Positions 1 through 8,561 of a stretch of 32,000 nucleotides of DNA are shown here, piece by piece (position 1 is the stretch's first letter; each line of letters opens with the position of its first letter). Source of the DNA: Candidatus Heimdallarchaeota archaeon B3_Heim (GTDB taxonomy: Archaea; Asgardarchaeota; Heimdallarchaeia; Hodarchaeales; Hodarchaeaceae). The translations under genes were made by a program, and so were the position numbers. The DNA lies in assembly GCA_003144275.1 (NCBI GenBank), contig NJBF01000002.1, forward strand, positions 60,001 through 92,000, given 5' to 3'. The notes under the pieces are model-generated. The model saw only the letters and a list, made by a program, of their open reading frames with translations, was not told the DNA's origin and did not search any database.

Positions 1-588
1 TTTGTCATCTACCTTGAAGATGAATGAAATCTCTGGATGTGCAACTGCATATTGAGCAACAATGTCATAAATGTATCCTTGTTCGATATATGATTTTTTT
101 AAGAACTTTCTTCTTACAATGAAGTTGAAAAAGAGATCTTTTACCCGAATGATGGTTCCTGAAACTGCAAGAATGTCTTCAGATATGGATATATTATCAA
201 CATCTCCAGAAACTTTCAATTTTGTAGCAATTTCTTCTTCGGCCTTTCGACTAATAATCGTAAATCGGCACACCGAAGCAATAGAATACAGCGCCTCACC
301 TCGGAATCCCATGGTATTTATTCTAGCTAAGTCTGCTTCAGATTCAATTTTGCTTGTAGAATGACGTTTTATTGCTAAAGGTAATTCATTTGCTGCAATG
401 CCTTTTCCATTATCCCTGATCTCAATTAGATCTTTACCCCCTTCTACAATAATTATTGTAATTTCAGTAGCTTCTGCATCAATTGCATTTTCTATTAATT
501 CTTTGACAACAGATACTGGACGTTCAATTACTTCACCCGCAGCGATTTTACTTATGACCAATGGCTCAAGGAGTTGTATCTTTGGCAA
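1..588 (-). CDS. mutL: DNA mismatch repair protein MutL, N-terminal GHKL ATPase part (gene continues beyond window start)
   Basis: Not in the ORF track; translated by hand from TTG at 588: MPKIQLLEPLVISKIAAGEVIERPVSVVKELIENAIDA...IRDNGKG...RHSTSKI...MGFRGEALYSIAS...GTIIRVKDLFFN...RRKFLK. These are the MutL GHKL motifs. Starts 4 nt after the mutS stop. Confidence 0.96.
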   Translation of the reverse strand, partial: MPKIQLLEPLVISKIAAGEVIERPVSVVKELIENAIDAEATEITIIIVEGGKDLIEIRDNGKGIAANELPLAIKRHSTSKIESEADLARINTMGFRGEALYSIASVCRFTIISRKAEEEIATKLKVSGDVDNISISEDILAVSGTIIRVKDLFFNFIVRRKFLKKSYIEQGYIYDIVAQYAVAHPEISFIFKVDDK

Positions 589-592
589 TTTC

Positions 593-3373
593 TTATTTCT
601 CCTCGATTTTGTGTTCTAGCTTCTTTAATTCTTCGATGAGTTCCTCAAGCTGTTTTAATGCTTCTATCGGAGTTTTATAATTAACATCGATACCTGTATA
701 ACTCTTAAGAAAAGCTAATATCGTAAATTTCAGACTTTTCAGCTCTTCTTCATATTTGTCCTTACTAATATTTTGAGAGAAAGCTTCAGCAAGTGATAAT
801 TGTCGTGGTTGTCCTGTTTTCTCTCCTACCCCTTTTGTCATGGGTTTATGGCTGGAAGTTGACTCTAGTTCTAGAAGTTTCTTTTGGGCATTATAAATGA
901 CACTTTGAGGAACTCCAGCCATTTTAGCCACACTAATACCAAAAGAATGGTCGGTAGCACCCTGATGTAATTTATATAACAACATTAGCTCACCATTACG
1001 TTCTTTGGCTGTAAGGTGGAAATTTTTAACTCTGGATGAACGTTCTACCAGTTCACTTAATTGATGGTAGTGGGTAGCAAACAATGTTTTACATTTGATA
1101 TTAACTACAATATGTTCAGCTATTGCCCAAGCCAGAGATAAACCATCGAATGTACTTGTTCCTCGACCCACCTCATCTAAGATAACTAAGGAATTTTCCG
1201 TTGCATTATGTAATATATGAGATGTTTCAAGCATTTCTAGCATGAAAGTTGATTGCCCAAACGCTAAACGATCAAATGCACCAACTCTTGTGAATATTTT
1301 ATCAACAATCCCAAATTCAAACGATTTAGCTGGTACCCAAGATCCTGTTTGAGCCATTAGTATCATTAAAGCCACTTGACGAATCAAAGTTGATTTACCA
1401 GACATATTAGGGCCTGTAACTATGTGGAGCTCACCTTCTTCTAGGAGAATAGAATTGGGTACAAATCCAGTATCGTGTTGTAGATGTTCCACAACAGCAT
1501 GTCGTCCCTCACGAATCTTAATTTTTGACCCCTCAATAATAAGAGGACGACAATAGTTATTCTTAAGAGCAGTAGATGCAAAGCAGGTCAAAACGTCTAC
1601 TTCTGCTAATAAATCTGAAAACGATTTAACTTGAGTGAGGTTCTCTGATATCTTATCACGAACTTCACAAAAAAGATTATATTCAAGATCCATTATCTTT
1701 TCGTCTAAATTCAATATTTTTTCTTCAATTTCTTTCAATCTAGGAGTAATGAAGCGCTCGGCGTTAACTAGCGTTTGACGGCGAGTATAATCAGAAGGAA
1801 TTGCATCTTCCCCAGCATCCCTTAATTGAGCCTTAGTGGCTTCTATATAATAACCATGAACAGAATTATACCCAAGTTTAATGTTAAAAGATGTCCGGTT
1901 CTGTTCATGAACTTCAACCTCAGTAAGGATAGCTTTCTGATTTATTTTTAACTCGTAGAGTTCAAATAATTCCTCATGAAATTCTGGTTTAATGATGCCT
2001 CCCTCAGTTATTTTTATAGGAGGGTCATCTTGAATAGCCTGTATAATCAGATCTCTAATATCAACAAGATCCGTAGACTTAAAAGAAATAATTTTATGAG
2101 TAATTTCACATTCCAATGGACTCTGGGAGAGGAAGTGTTGTATCTCAAGACTAGCATTTATTGAATTCATTAGTGAAGAAAGATCTCGTCCATTTGCTGA
2201 ATGATACTTGATTTTAGAGATGAGTCTCTGGAAATCAGCTATTGAGGCAATTAAATGGTTAATATGGTCACAGACTTCGGGATTCGAGTAAAAAGCGTGT
2301 ACCGCGTCCAAACGGGCATTAATGGAAAGGTTATCTCGCAGGGGTTGTAACAACCACCTTCTTAATAATCGAGCTCCTGTACTGGAGTGAATATCAGAAA
2401 AAACGGATAAAAGACTGCCTGCAACTCGTCCATCAAATGCATTGCCAATTATTTCCAGATTACGTTGAGTGTTTGAATCCAAAATTAGAGAAGAACTATC
2501 GTCCAACAGTTTCATACTAGTCAGATTTGACGGATAATCTGGTTTTAACATAGCTAAATGGGATATTACTGCGCCAGTAGCTCTAATTCCCTCTTCCATC
2601 AATTCACATCCGAATCCTGAAAGAGATTTAACTTGAAAATGATCAAGAAGAGTTTCTCTAGCAGTTTGAAGATTGAACAGTGTTTCATTAACAGGAGAGA
2701 CCATAGTATTGGACGAAAGGTTAATGACATCTTCTATTAAAAGTTGTAGATCCCCTCTCTGATTAGTTTCCGGTATAATGATTTCTTTGGGATGGAATCG
2801 AGTAAATTCGTCTTTGAATCGTTCAATAACATTTTTATTAATTTCTGATATCAACAATTCACCTGTTGAAATGTCAACGAGTGATAAACCAATATTTTTT
2901 TTACGTTCATTAATAACTAAACTTAACATAAAATTATTTATTGTATCATCTAAAATTGAGGATTCAAAGACTGTCCCTGGAGTTACTACCCGTGTAACTC
3001 CTCTTTTAACAATTTTCCCAGACGGAAGCTTTTTTGCATCCTCTAATTGGTCAACTATTGCCACTTTATCTCCATTATCAACTAATTTCTTCAGATATGA
3101 ATCGATCGCCTTTACTGGCACTCCTGCTAACGGTATTCTCGCGTTTCCACCCCCCATACTCCTAGAAGTAAGAGTAATATTCAATACTTTAGAAATACGC
3201 TTTGCGTCTTCATTGAAAGCCTCGTAAAAATCACCTAGCTGAAAAAATACGATAGTATCCGGAAAATCTTTCTTGATGTCCGCATATTGTGTCATTGCAG
3301 TAGTTTTTCTGCGGGGTTTAGAGCGCATAGAATTCAATTCACGTATCTTTCTGATATACGAAGCTTTAACCAA
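593..3373 (-). CDS. mutS: DNA mismatch repair protein MutS (MutS1 type)
   Basis: FQLGDFYE mismatch-binding motif, GPNMSGKST Walker A, DEVGRGT Walker B, FATHY and SFGISVAKMAG motifs. The real start may be the ATG at 3328 (MRSKPRRK). Confidence 0.98.
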   Translation of the reverse strand: MVKASYIRKIRELNSMRSKPRRKTTAMTQYADIKKDFPDTIVFFQLGDFYEAFNEDAKRISKVLNITLTSRSMGGGNARIPLAGVPVKAIDSYLKKLVDNGDKVAIVDQLEDAKKLPSGKIVKRGVTRVVTPGTVFESSILDDTINNFMLSLVINERKKNIGLSLVDISTGELLISEINKNVIERFKDEFTRFHPKEIIIPETNQRGDLQLLIEDVINLSSNTMVSPVNETLFNLQTARETLLDHFQVKSLSGFGCELMEEGIRATGAVISHLAMLKPDYPSNLTSMKLLDDSSSLILDSNTQRNLEIIGNAFDGRVAGSLLSVFSDIHSSTGARLLRRWLLQPLRDNLSINARLDAVHAFYSNPEVCDHINHLIASIADFQRLISKIKYHSANGRDLSSLMNSINASLEIQHFLSQSPLECEITHKIISFKSTDLVDIRDLIIQAIQDDPPIKITEGGIIKPEFHEELFELYELKINQKAILTEVEVHEQNRTSFNIKLGYNSVHGYYIEATKAQLRDAGEDAIPSDYTRRQTLVNAERFITPRLKEIEEKILNLDEKIMDLEYNLFCEVRDKISENLTQVKSFSDLLAEVDVLTCFASTALKNNYCRPLIIEGSKIKIREGRHAVVEHLQHDTGFVPNSILLEEGELHIVTGPNMSGKSTLIRQVALMILMAQTGSWVPAKSFEFGIVDKIFTRVGAFDRLAFGQSTFMLEMLETSHILHNATENSLVILDEVGRGTSTFDGLSLAWAIAEHIVVNIKCKTLFATHYHQLSELVERSSRVKNFHLTAKERNGELMLLYKLHQGATDHSFGISVAKMAGVPQSVIYNAQKKLLELESTSSHKPMTKGVGEKTGQPRQLSLAEAFSQNISKDKYEEELKSLKFTILAFLKSYTGIDVNYKTPIEALKQLEELIEELKKLEHKIEEK

Positions 3374-3512
3374 ATGGAAAATATTTAATCATAATTATTA
3401 AATCTTGCGTCTGATAAAGGGAAAATTACTCTTGCCCTTGAATATTTCCTTAGGAATAAGTAAGGAACATAAGAGATAGAAAAGATTTCATATACTTAGA
3501 AAAAAAATCCTT

Positions 3513-3597
3513 GCGGGGATTTCCCAGCCTGGTCAAAGGAGCTAGGTTCAGGTCCTAGTCGTGTAGACGTTCGTGAGTTCAAATCTCACTCCCCGCA
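3513..3597 (+). tRNA. tRNA-Leu (anticodon CAG), intronless
   Basis: Acceptor stem GCGGGGA/TCCCCGC, anticodon stem CTAGG/CCTAG with loop TTCAGGT, long variable arm, T-arm GTGAG-TTCAAAT-CTCAC, discriminator A; CCA not encoded. Confidence 0.97.
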
Positions 3598-3614
3598 TTC
3601 TTAACACATGATAA

Positions 3615-3631
3615 AGCCGAGGTAGCCAAGC
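3615..3631 (+). repeat. 17-bp direct repeat AGCCGAGGTAGCCAAGC, copy of the tRNA-Ser 5' end (att-like); second copy at 5430-5446
   Basis: Exact match read directly from the sequence; the copies diverge on both sides. It starts 17 nt after the tRNA-Leu end. Confidence 0.9.
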
Positions 3632-3693
3632 GGGAACATTACGAAAATGAATAGCATCTTTTTCCAGGAAAAGATTAAGCAAAAAATTCCTTC

Positions 3694-5274
3694 CTATTGC
3701 AATAATGATAAGATTTTTATGAGAGCCAGATAAATAAATTGACGTTCTTGCATTCCCTTCATATAAATCGCGTAAATGTCTGCAATTATTTCCTCATCTG
3801 TTTCAAGGAGCTTTCTTCCAGACAACATTTCATCACCTGACTTAAGCTTCATTCGTACAAATTTCAACAAGTCTTCTTTCTTTGTCTGGTCATAATTATA
3901 GAAACCCAGTCGGATTGCATTGTAAATTTCTCCAAGTCGCTGATATTTCGGATTTACGTTTCCCCAGTAATGGATTATAACTGTATGATATCTAGTTGGG
4001 ATACTTCCAAAAGATGGCACGTAAGCCCGTATAGGGATATATTCTATCCTAAATGATTTTAAACCAGTATTGGTAACTGGATCGTGACAGCTAATACTCT
4101 TTATGTAATCACTAAGTATTTCTTCATATCTATACTGTAAGTATTTTGTTGGAGAATGAGGGATAACTTTTACTTGTATTTTTTCTTCTGCTATGAGTGT
4201 CATTTTGTTGTAAGTAACAATATCAGGAAAATCGATTGAACTTCGTTGATTTGTGACTACTCTTCCCCATTTATCTTCCGAGAATACAGAATTTGACAAA
4301 TCAAGGGGGTTTACGAGTGCATGATCCGTTGTCAGTTGCGTGATCTCTAATCTCAAAGTTTTATTATGAATTATTGATGCTAATGCTCTTGTTATTCCCT
4401 CTTTGTTTGATTCCCTTATAAAATCTGAATATGTATCTGTAATCCCTCCTAATCCCGTTTCCTTAGAAAAAGAACAGATTTCTTGATATGTGAATGATGT
4501 ATTTAGATGTATAATTGATCTGTGATTAATCTGTTGAAATCGTCGATAGAATTGAAGAAAATTATTCTTATTGTACTTTTCTAATTTACTATTTTTTATC
4601 TCAGTTTTCAGTTGTTGAATCTTACTAGATTGATCATTTATGTAGAAGTTGAATCTAGTATCACATAAACCTGAAGTATTAGAAGCTAGATCATTAATTC
4701 GAGATTTATTCCTAAAATATTTATAAACTCGTTTTAGAACGGGATTTCTGTCGTGTTCCCAGTGTGTTTTCCATCTAGCTTTTTTTATTTCAAAGTAATG
4801 CCAGAATAATTTTTCCATTAAATAATCAATCAAAATTTTAGGATACTTCAGCTTGTAAACGTGTAATAGCTGAACATTTATTTTTCCATTAATTACTAGA
4901 GCTCTTCTCAAACCCTCTTCAAGACTATCTTTAATTTTTACATTTGAATCTTTTACAGGAATTTGAATTTTCTCCATCAAGGTATCAAACATAAATCTTC
5001 GAATACCACCAGGCTTAAACCCAGCTGGAGACAATCCTTTATCGTTGAAGGAATATTGTTTATTATTACAAATATATAATTCGGTTAGGATGCCAGTAGA
5101 CGGATTTATCATGTTAAAGGTAATGATTGGACTAATACCTTGGAGTTTCCCTCGGAATATTAGCCATCCTTCTATCAATTCTGTAGGAAATTTTTTAGTA
5201 GTCTCAAAAAAATATTTTAAATCCGATTCTAATTCTTCCTCGGAATCACTCTGAAGCAGTAATTCAGGCATCAT
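3694..5274 (-). CDS. Hypothetical protein, 526 aa (possible PD-(D/E)xK-like motif)
   Basis: Long open frame filling the island; no family recognised. FPDIVTYNKMTLIAEEK loosely fits PD...ExK. Confidence 0.8.
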   Translation of the reverse strand: MMPELLLQSDSEEELESDLKYFFETTKKFPTELIEGWLIFRGKLQGISPIITFNMINPSTGILTELYICNNKQYSFNDKGLSPAGFKPGGIRRFMFDTLMEKIQIPVKDSNVKIKDSLEEGLRRALVINGKINVQLLHVYKLKYPKILIDYLMEKLFWHYFEIKKARWKTHWEHDRNPVLKRVYKYFRNKSRINDLASNTSGLCDTRFNFYINDQSSKIQQLKTEIKNSKLEKYNKNNFLQFYRRFQQINHRSIIHLNTSFTYQEICSFSKETGLGGITDTYSDFIRESNKEGITRALASIIHNKTLRLEITQLTTDHALVNPLDLSNSVFSEDKWGRVVTNQRSSIDFPDIVTYNKMTLIAEEKIQVKVIPHSPTKYLQYRYEEILSDYIKSISCHDPVTNTGLKSFRIEYIPIRAYVPSFGSIPTRYHTVIIHYWGNVNPKYQRLGEIYNAIRLGFYNYDQTKKEDLLKFVRMKLKSGDEMLSGRKLLETDEEIIADIYAIYMKGMQERQFIYLALIKILSLLQ

Positions 5275-5470
5275 TCTCTCAAAGCTTGATATTCGTTTAC
5301 TATAATAAAAACCTAAAAAAACTGGGAGAATTATTCAATAAAATGCTCCTTAGATAATCTTAGGATTCTATATAATGTGAGGTAAAACAGATTCATCAAA
5401 GTCATCAAGACAACAGACTTGCAATATGTAGCCGAGGTAGCCAAGCCCGGATTACGGCGCCAGACTCGAG

Positions 5471-5490
5471 CTATTATAATAGAGCGAGAG
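5471..5490 (+). other. tRNA intron at canonical position 37/38 (20 nt)
   Basis: Central 4-bp helix CTCG/CGAG, 3-nt bulges AG|C and AG|A, internal hairpin CTAT-TATA-ATAG; a relaxed BHB motif. Confidence 0.88.
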
Positions 5491-5521
5491 ATCTGGTGTG
5501 CTCTGCACACGTGGGTTCAAG

Positions 5522-5552
5522 TTAAAGTATCAACATTGATACTTCATGAAAT
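5522..5552 (+). other. tRNA intron at non-canonical position 59/60 in the T-loop (31 nt)
   Basis: BHB geometry: outer helix GTGGG/CCCAC, central helix TTCA/TGAA (5516-5519 with 5547-5550), bulges AG|T and AT|T, inner hairpin AAGTATCA-ACAT-TGATACTT. Confidence 0.85.
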
Positions 5553-5577
5553 TCCCACCCTCGGCGCTCCCTAGTCA

Positions 5578-5616
5578 TTCGAGATACGATACTCGAAAAA
5601 CAAACTTTGTTTTCTT
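5578..5616 (+). terminator. Possible terminator or processing hairpin after tRNA-Ser
   Basis: TTCGAG-N8-CTCGAA stem followed by a T-rich tract (CTTTGTTTTCTT). Confidence 0.3.
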
Positions 5617-5762
5617 GCCGTAAGGTAACACACTTAAGAGGCTTACAGAGACACCTTCTTTTGCATATATAAAGAAAAATCTTGGGTGAGCAGAAAAAAC
5701 TCGGAAAAATTTCCCTGTAAAAATAACTAGGAGAAAATCCGAATAATCCAGATTAAAATATC

Positions 5763-5770
5763 TTTATAAG
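5763..5770 (+). promoter_or_regulatory. TATA box for the moxR/VWA unit
   Basis: TTTATAAG ends 27 nt before the TTG start at 5798, with an A-rich segment upstream; consistent with a near-leaderless archaeal transcript. Confidence 0.4.
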
Positions 5771-5797
5771 AGAATTATTTAATTTATTACTACTACA

Positions 5798-6679
5798 TTG
5801 GTGATTGTTTTGGATATCGAAAATGCGATTTCAGAGATACAGGAGAAGTTTGGGGTAGTTGGACGAGTACGTACTCTTCGAAAACTCATCCTTGGCAAAA
5901 TGGCAGGCAAGCATATCATAATAGAGGGACCAGTTGGGGTTGGAAAAACCACATTGGCTCACGCGGTGGCAGCCTACTTTGATCAAGGATTTATTCGTAT
6001 CGATGGGGATGAAAGATATACCGAAAGTAAGCTTGTCGGATATTTTGAACCCCCCCTCGTTGTAGAAAAAGGGTGGATTTGGGATGCGTTTGTACCGGGA
6101 CCCCTAACATTAGCAATGAAAAATGGTTCAATATTGTTTATTAATGAAGCAAATAGGCTAATCGAAGGAACACAAAATGTCCTATTACCGACCATGGATG
6201 AGGGAATACTCATTATACCTAAACTGGGATCAATAAAAGCTATTGAAGGATTTTTAGTTGTAGCTACACAAAACCCTGAATCTTATATAGGAACAACAGT
6301 TCTTTCAGAGGCTTTAAAAGATCGATTTGTATGGATAAAACTAGAACATCAAGGATATGAGCAGGAACTTGACATTGTTAAACAACAATCTGGACTGGAT
6401 GAAAAGGATCTTTTGATCGGTGAAACTGCAACAAAAATAACTCGTGCAACTCGTAACCACACAGATATTCGAAGAGGTTCCTCCATTCGAGGTGCAATTG
6501 ATTTAGCAAAAATTTTGAGTTTAGTTCAGAGCTTAACTCTTGAAACGGTTTCAGAATTATCTATCATGACACTAGCAACAAAAATCGAACTGGAAGATGG
6601 TGTAGAGAGACCCATCGAAGAAATAATTCATGAAATCGTAGAAGCGATACTCTCTGGGGACGAAGATCGTTTTTTATAA
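5798..6679 (+). CDS. moxR: MoxR-family AAA+ ATPase
   Basis: Walker A GPVGVGKT, Walker B variant FINEANR, QNVLLPTMDEG, VVATQNP sensor 1, EALKDRF arginine finger, SSIRGAI sensor 2. Confidence 0.92.
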   Translation: MVIVLDIENAISEIQEKFGVVGRVRTLRKLILGKMAGKHIIIEGPVGVGKTTLAHAVAAYFDQGFIRIDGDERYTESKLVGYFEPPLVVEKGWIWDAFVPGPLTLAMKNGSILFINEANRLIEGTQNVLLPTMDEGILIIPKLGSIKAIEGFLVVATQNPESYIGTTVLSEALKDRFVWIKLEHQGYEQELDIVKQQSGLDEKDLLIGETATKITRATRNHTDIRRGSSIRGAIDLAKILSLVQSLTLETVSELSIMTLATKIELEDGVERPIEEIIHEIVEAILSGDEDRFL

Positions 6680-6704
6680 AAAAATCCCGAGTAGCCGCTC
6701 GGGA
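6670..6704 (+). other. Putative -1 programmed ribosomal frameshift signal linking moxR to the VWA frame
   Basis: T_TTT_TTA heptamer (6670-6676) in the moxR frame directly before the stop, 8-nt spacer, stem TCCCGAG/CTCGGGA (6685-6704). The -1 frame is open into the ATG at 6742. Confidence 0.6.
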
Positions 6705-6741
6705 ATATAAAAAGAACATTCGCCTCTTCGGTAGACTCAAT

Positions 6742-7746
6742 ATGGAGGATCTAGCTGATGCAGCTATTGCTGCTGGAGATGCATTACCAAAGTTGGATAA
6801 TTTAGATATTGCCAGTTTAGAGCGCTTAACTGAGTCAGCTATTGAACATGAAAATTTGCCAGCCCTGATGTCTCTCGCAAAAATCAATAAATACGCAGTC
6901 TCTAATAGTTTAAATCCAGATCGTCTGGTTTCACTAGGTCGAGTAGCTGGATCAGGAGGGGTGTATACTCCGAGATTATTCTTTGTGATGCGGGGTGTCC
7001 TAGATAAGAAGCGTCGTAAGATCTTAAAACGCTTAACCCGTACATCAATCCTCAAATTATCTTTGAGAATAGCCTCTGAAGGCCTCAGGGGAGATCTGCC
7101 AGTCAGGGGAGAATTTAAACCTGACTCCGACTTCGATTTAGAGGCAACATTGGAGCAAATATTGGAAAAATATCCCGCTGGTATCCCTAGACTCGTTAAT
7201 AAGGATATTATCGGAATAGAACGGCGTGAAAGAAAGAAAAACGGGGTATTGATCTTAGATGCTAGTGGATCGATGATGGGAGAACGCAATATCAATGCAG
7301 CATTATCAGCGGCAGTCATGGCTTTTTCTATGCGTAAAGATCAGTTCGGAGTGGTAGCATTCAACACCAAAGGGTTTCTTATAAAAGGAATCAAAGATGA
7401 ACTTAAGATCGAAGAAATTATGGATAAAATCCTTGATTTAGAAGCAGTAGGATATACTAATATCGAAGACGGACTACGACATGGTGCTATGCAGATCAAG
7501 ACCATGAAAAGCCGTTATAAATGGGCAATATTACTAACTGATGGTGCCTATAACAAAGGAGATGACCCCCGATACTTATGTCGGCAATTTGAAAAACTCC
7601 ATGTCATTAATTTACCAGGAGGCAAAAAATGGGGTGAGAAAGTGTGTCAAGATCTAGCTCGCTTGGGTGGGGGCCGTTATGTAGTGGTCCGCAATTATCA
7701 TGAGGTACCACGAGCTTTGATGAAAATTCTCAGAAGTCCCTGGTAA
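6742..7746 (+). CDS. von Willebrand factor A (VWA) domain protein, MoxR partner
   Basis: MIDAS motif ILDASGSM, GYTNI and LLTDG. The frame is open upstream to 6634. Confidence 0.92.
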   Translation: MEDLADAAIAAGDALPKLDNLDIASLERLTESAIEHENLPALMSLAKINKYAVSNSLNPDRLVSLGRVAGSGGVYTPRLFFVMRGVLDKKRRKILKRLTRTSILKLSLRIASEGLRGDLPVRGEFKPDSDFDLEATLEQILEKYPAGIPRLVNKDIIGIERRERKKNGVLILDASGSMMGERNINAALSAAVMAFSMRKDQFGVVAFNTKGFLIKGIKDELKIEEIMDKILDLEAVGYTNIEDGLRHGAMQIKTMKSRYKWAILLTDGAYNKGDDPRYLCRQFEKLHVINLPGGKKWGEKVCQDLARLGGGRYVVVRNYHEVPRALMKILRSPW

Positions 7747-7756
7747 GGACTTCAAC

Positions 7757-8494
7757 TCATTCTTTTTCCTTTAGAAGATTTTTCAAACGATCGGGAAAGT
7801 TCGTTAGAATACCATCGACCCCTAATGATATAGCATGGTGCATATCAGGTGGCTGATCAGCATAAAAATAGAACACTTGAATCCCTTGATCGTGACAACG
7901 TTGGATAAAGGAAGAATCTAAAGCAGTGTCACGAATCTGAGCGGTACGCAACTGGAGATCTAGTAACAAGTCGAAGTAAATATCGTTTTTTCGTTCTTTT
8001 TGTAATAATGCACAATTTAGAGAATTATCAAGTTTTTGAATTCGTTGGATGTTTTCAACATGTCTAGCAGTAATAATCGTTCGTTTATCTAAGCTGTGTT
8101 TGTGTATCAGCGCAACAATTGATTGTTCAAACCAATCAGAGTTAACATCATAATATTTTAATTCAATGTTAAGTTGGATAGAGGGTAGAATAATAAGTAA
8201 CACTTCTGATAGAGTAGGGATTTGTTCTCCTCGAAAACGGGAATGAAACCAACTTCCAGTATCTAAAGATCTTAAATATTTGAAAGGTAACTCAGAAATA
8301 CGCCCATGTCCATTGGTTGTCCTTTCAATACCTTGACGGTCATGAAAAACCATGAGATGATGATCAGAAGATGGCTGCACATCAAATTCAATCATATCGG
8401 CATATTTCACTCCCTCATTAAAACAAGAGACAGTATTTTCTGGAGCTAAACCTGCTCCTCCACGGTGAGCGATATTTAAAACCATATTTTTCAC
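7757..8494 (-). CDS. ugpQ: Glycerophosphodiester phosphodiesterase (GDPD family, cytoplasmic type)
   Basis: IAHRGG...PENT, EFDVQ, VFHD, NIELK and GVDGILTNFP motifs; no signal peptide. Confidence 0.93.
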   Translation of the reverse strand: MKNMVLNIAHRGGAGLAPENTVSCFNEGVKYADMIEFDVQPSSDHHLMVFHDRQGIERTTNGHGRISELPFKYLRSLDTGSWFHSRFRGEQIPTLSEVLLIILPSIQLNIELKYYDVNSDWFEQSIVALIHKHSLDKRTIITARHVENIQRIQKLDNSLNCALLQKERKNDIYFDLLLDLQLRTAQIRDTALDSSFIQRCHDQGIQVFYFYADQPPDMHHAISLGVDGILTNFPDRLKNLLKEKE

Positions 8495-8561
8495 CTGAAT
8501 TCTACTGAATTATTAATCTACTCATATGGTAAGATTCAACTGTGAGTTTCCTGATATTTGA

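Larger units (their letters stand above)
3615..5446. mobile_element. Small single-gene island or integrative-element remnant inserted at the tRNA-Ser 5' end
   Basis: Bounded by the 17-bp direct repeat and contains one orphan ORF. No integrase gene inside. Confidence 0.6.
5431..5566 (+). tRNA. tRNA-Ser (anticodon CGA) with two introns
   Basis: Acceptor GCCGAGG/CCTCGGC plus discriminator G, anticodon stem CCAGA/TCTGG, variable arm TGTGC-TCT-GCACA, T-stem GTGGG/CCCAC. Removing 5471-5490 and 5522-5552 gives anticodon loop CTCGAGA and T-loop TTCAAGT. Confidence 0.93.

Noticed and set aside
71-619. + strand ORFs 71-364 and 398-619
   Set aside because: Antisense shadows of mutL, whose motifs are clear on the - strand.
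1976-3227. + strand ORFs 1976-2164 and 2778-3227
   Set aside because: Antisense shadows inside mutS.
1-3373. Bacterial-type mutS-mutL operon in an archaeon as a novelty
   Set aside because: MutS1/MutL are already known from several archaeal lineages; nothing in the sequence is atypical.
6134-6157. Walker B reads FINE rather than hhhhDE in the MoxR ATPase
   Set aside because: All other AAA+ motifs are intact, and I recall this variant in other MoxR-like proteins. Inactivity cannot be claimed without an alignment.
6564-7319. 251-aa - strand ORF
   Set aside because: Lies antisense to the moxR/VWA genes with no recognisable motifs; a shadow frame.
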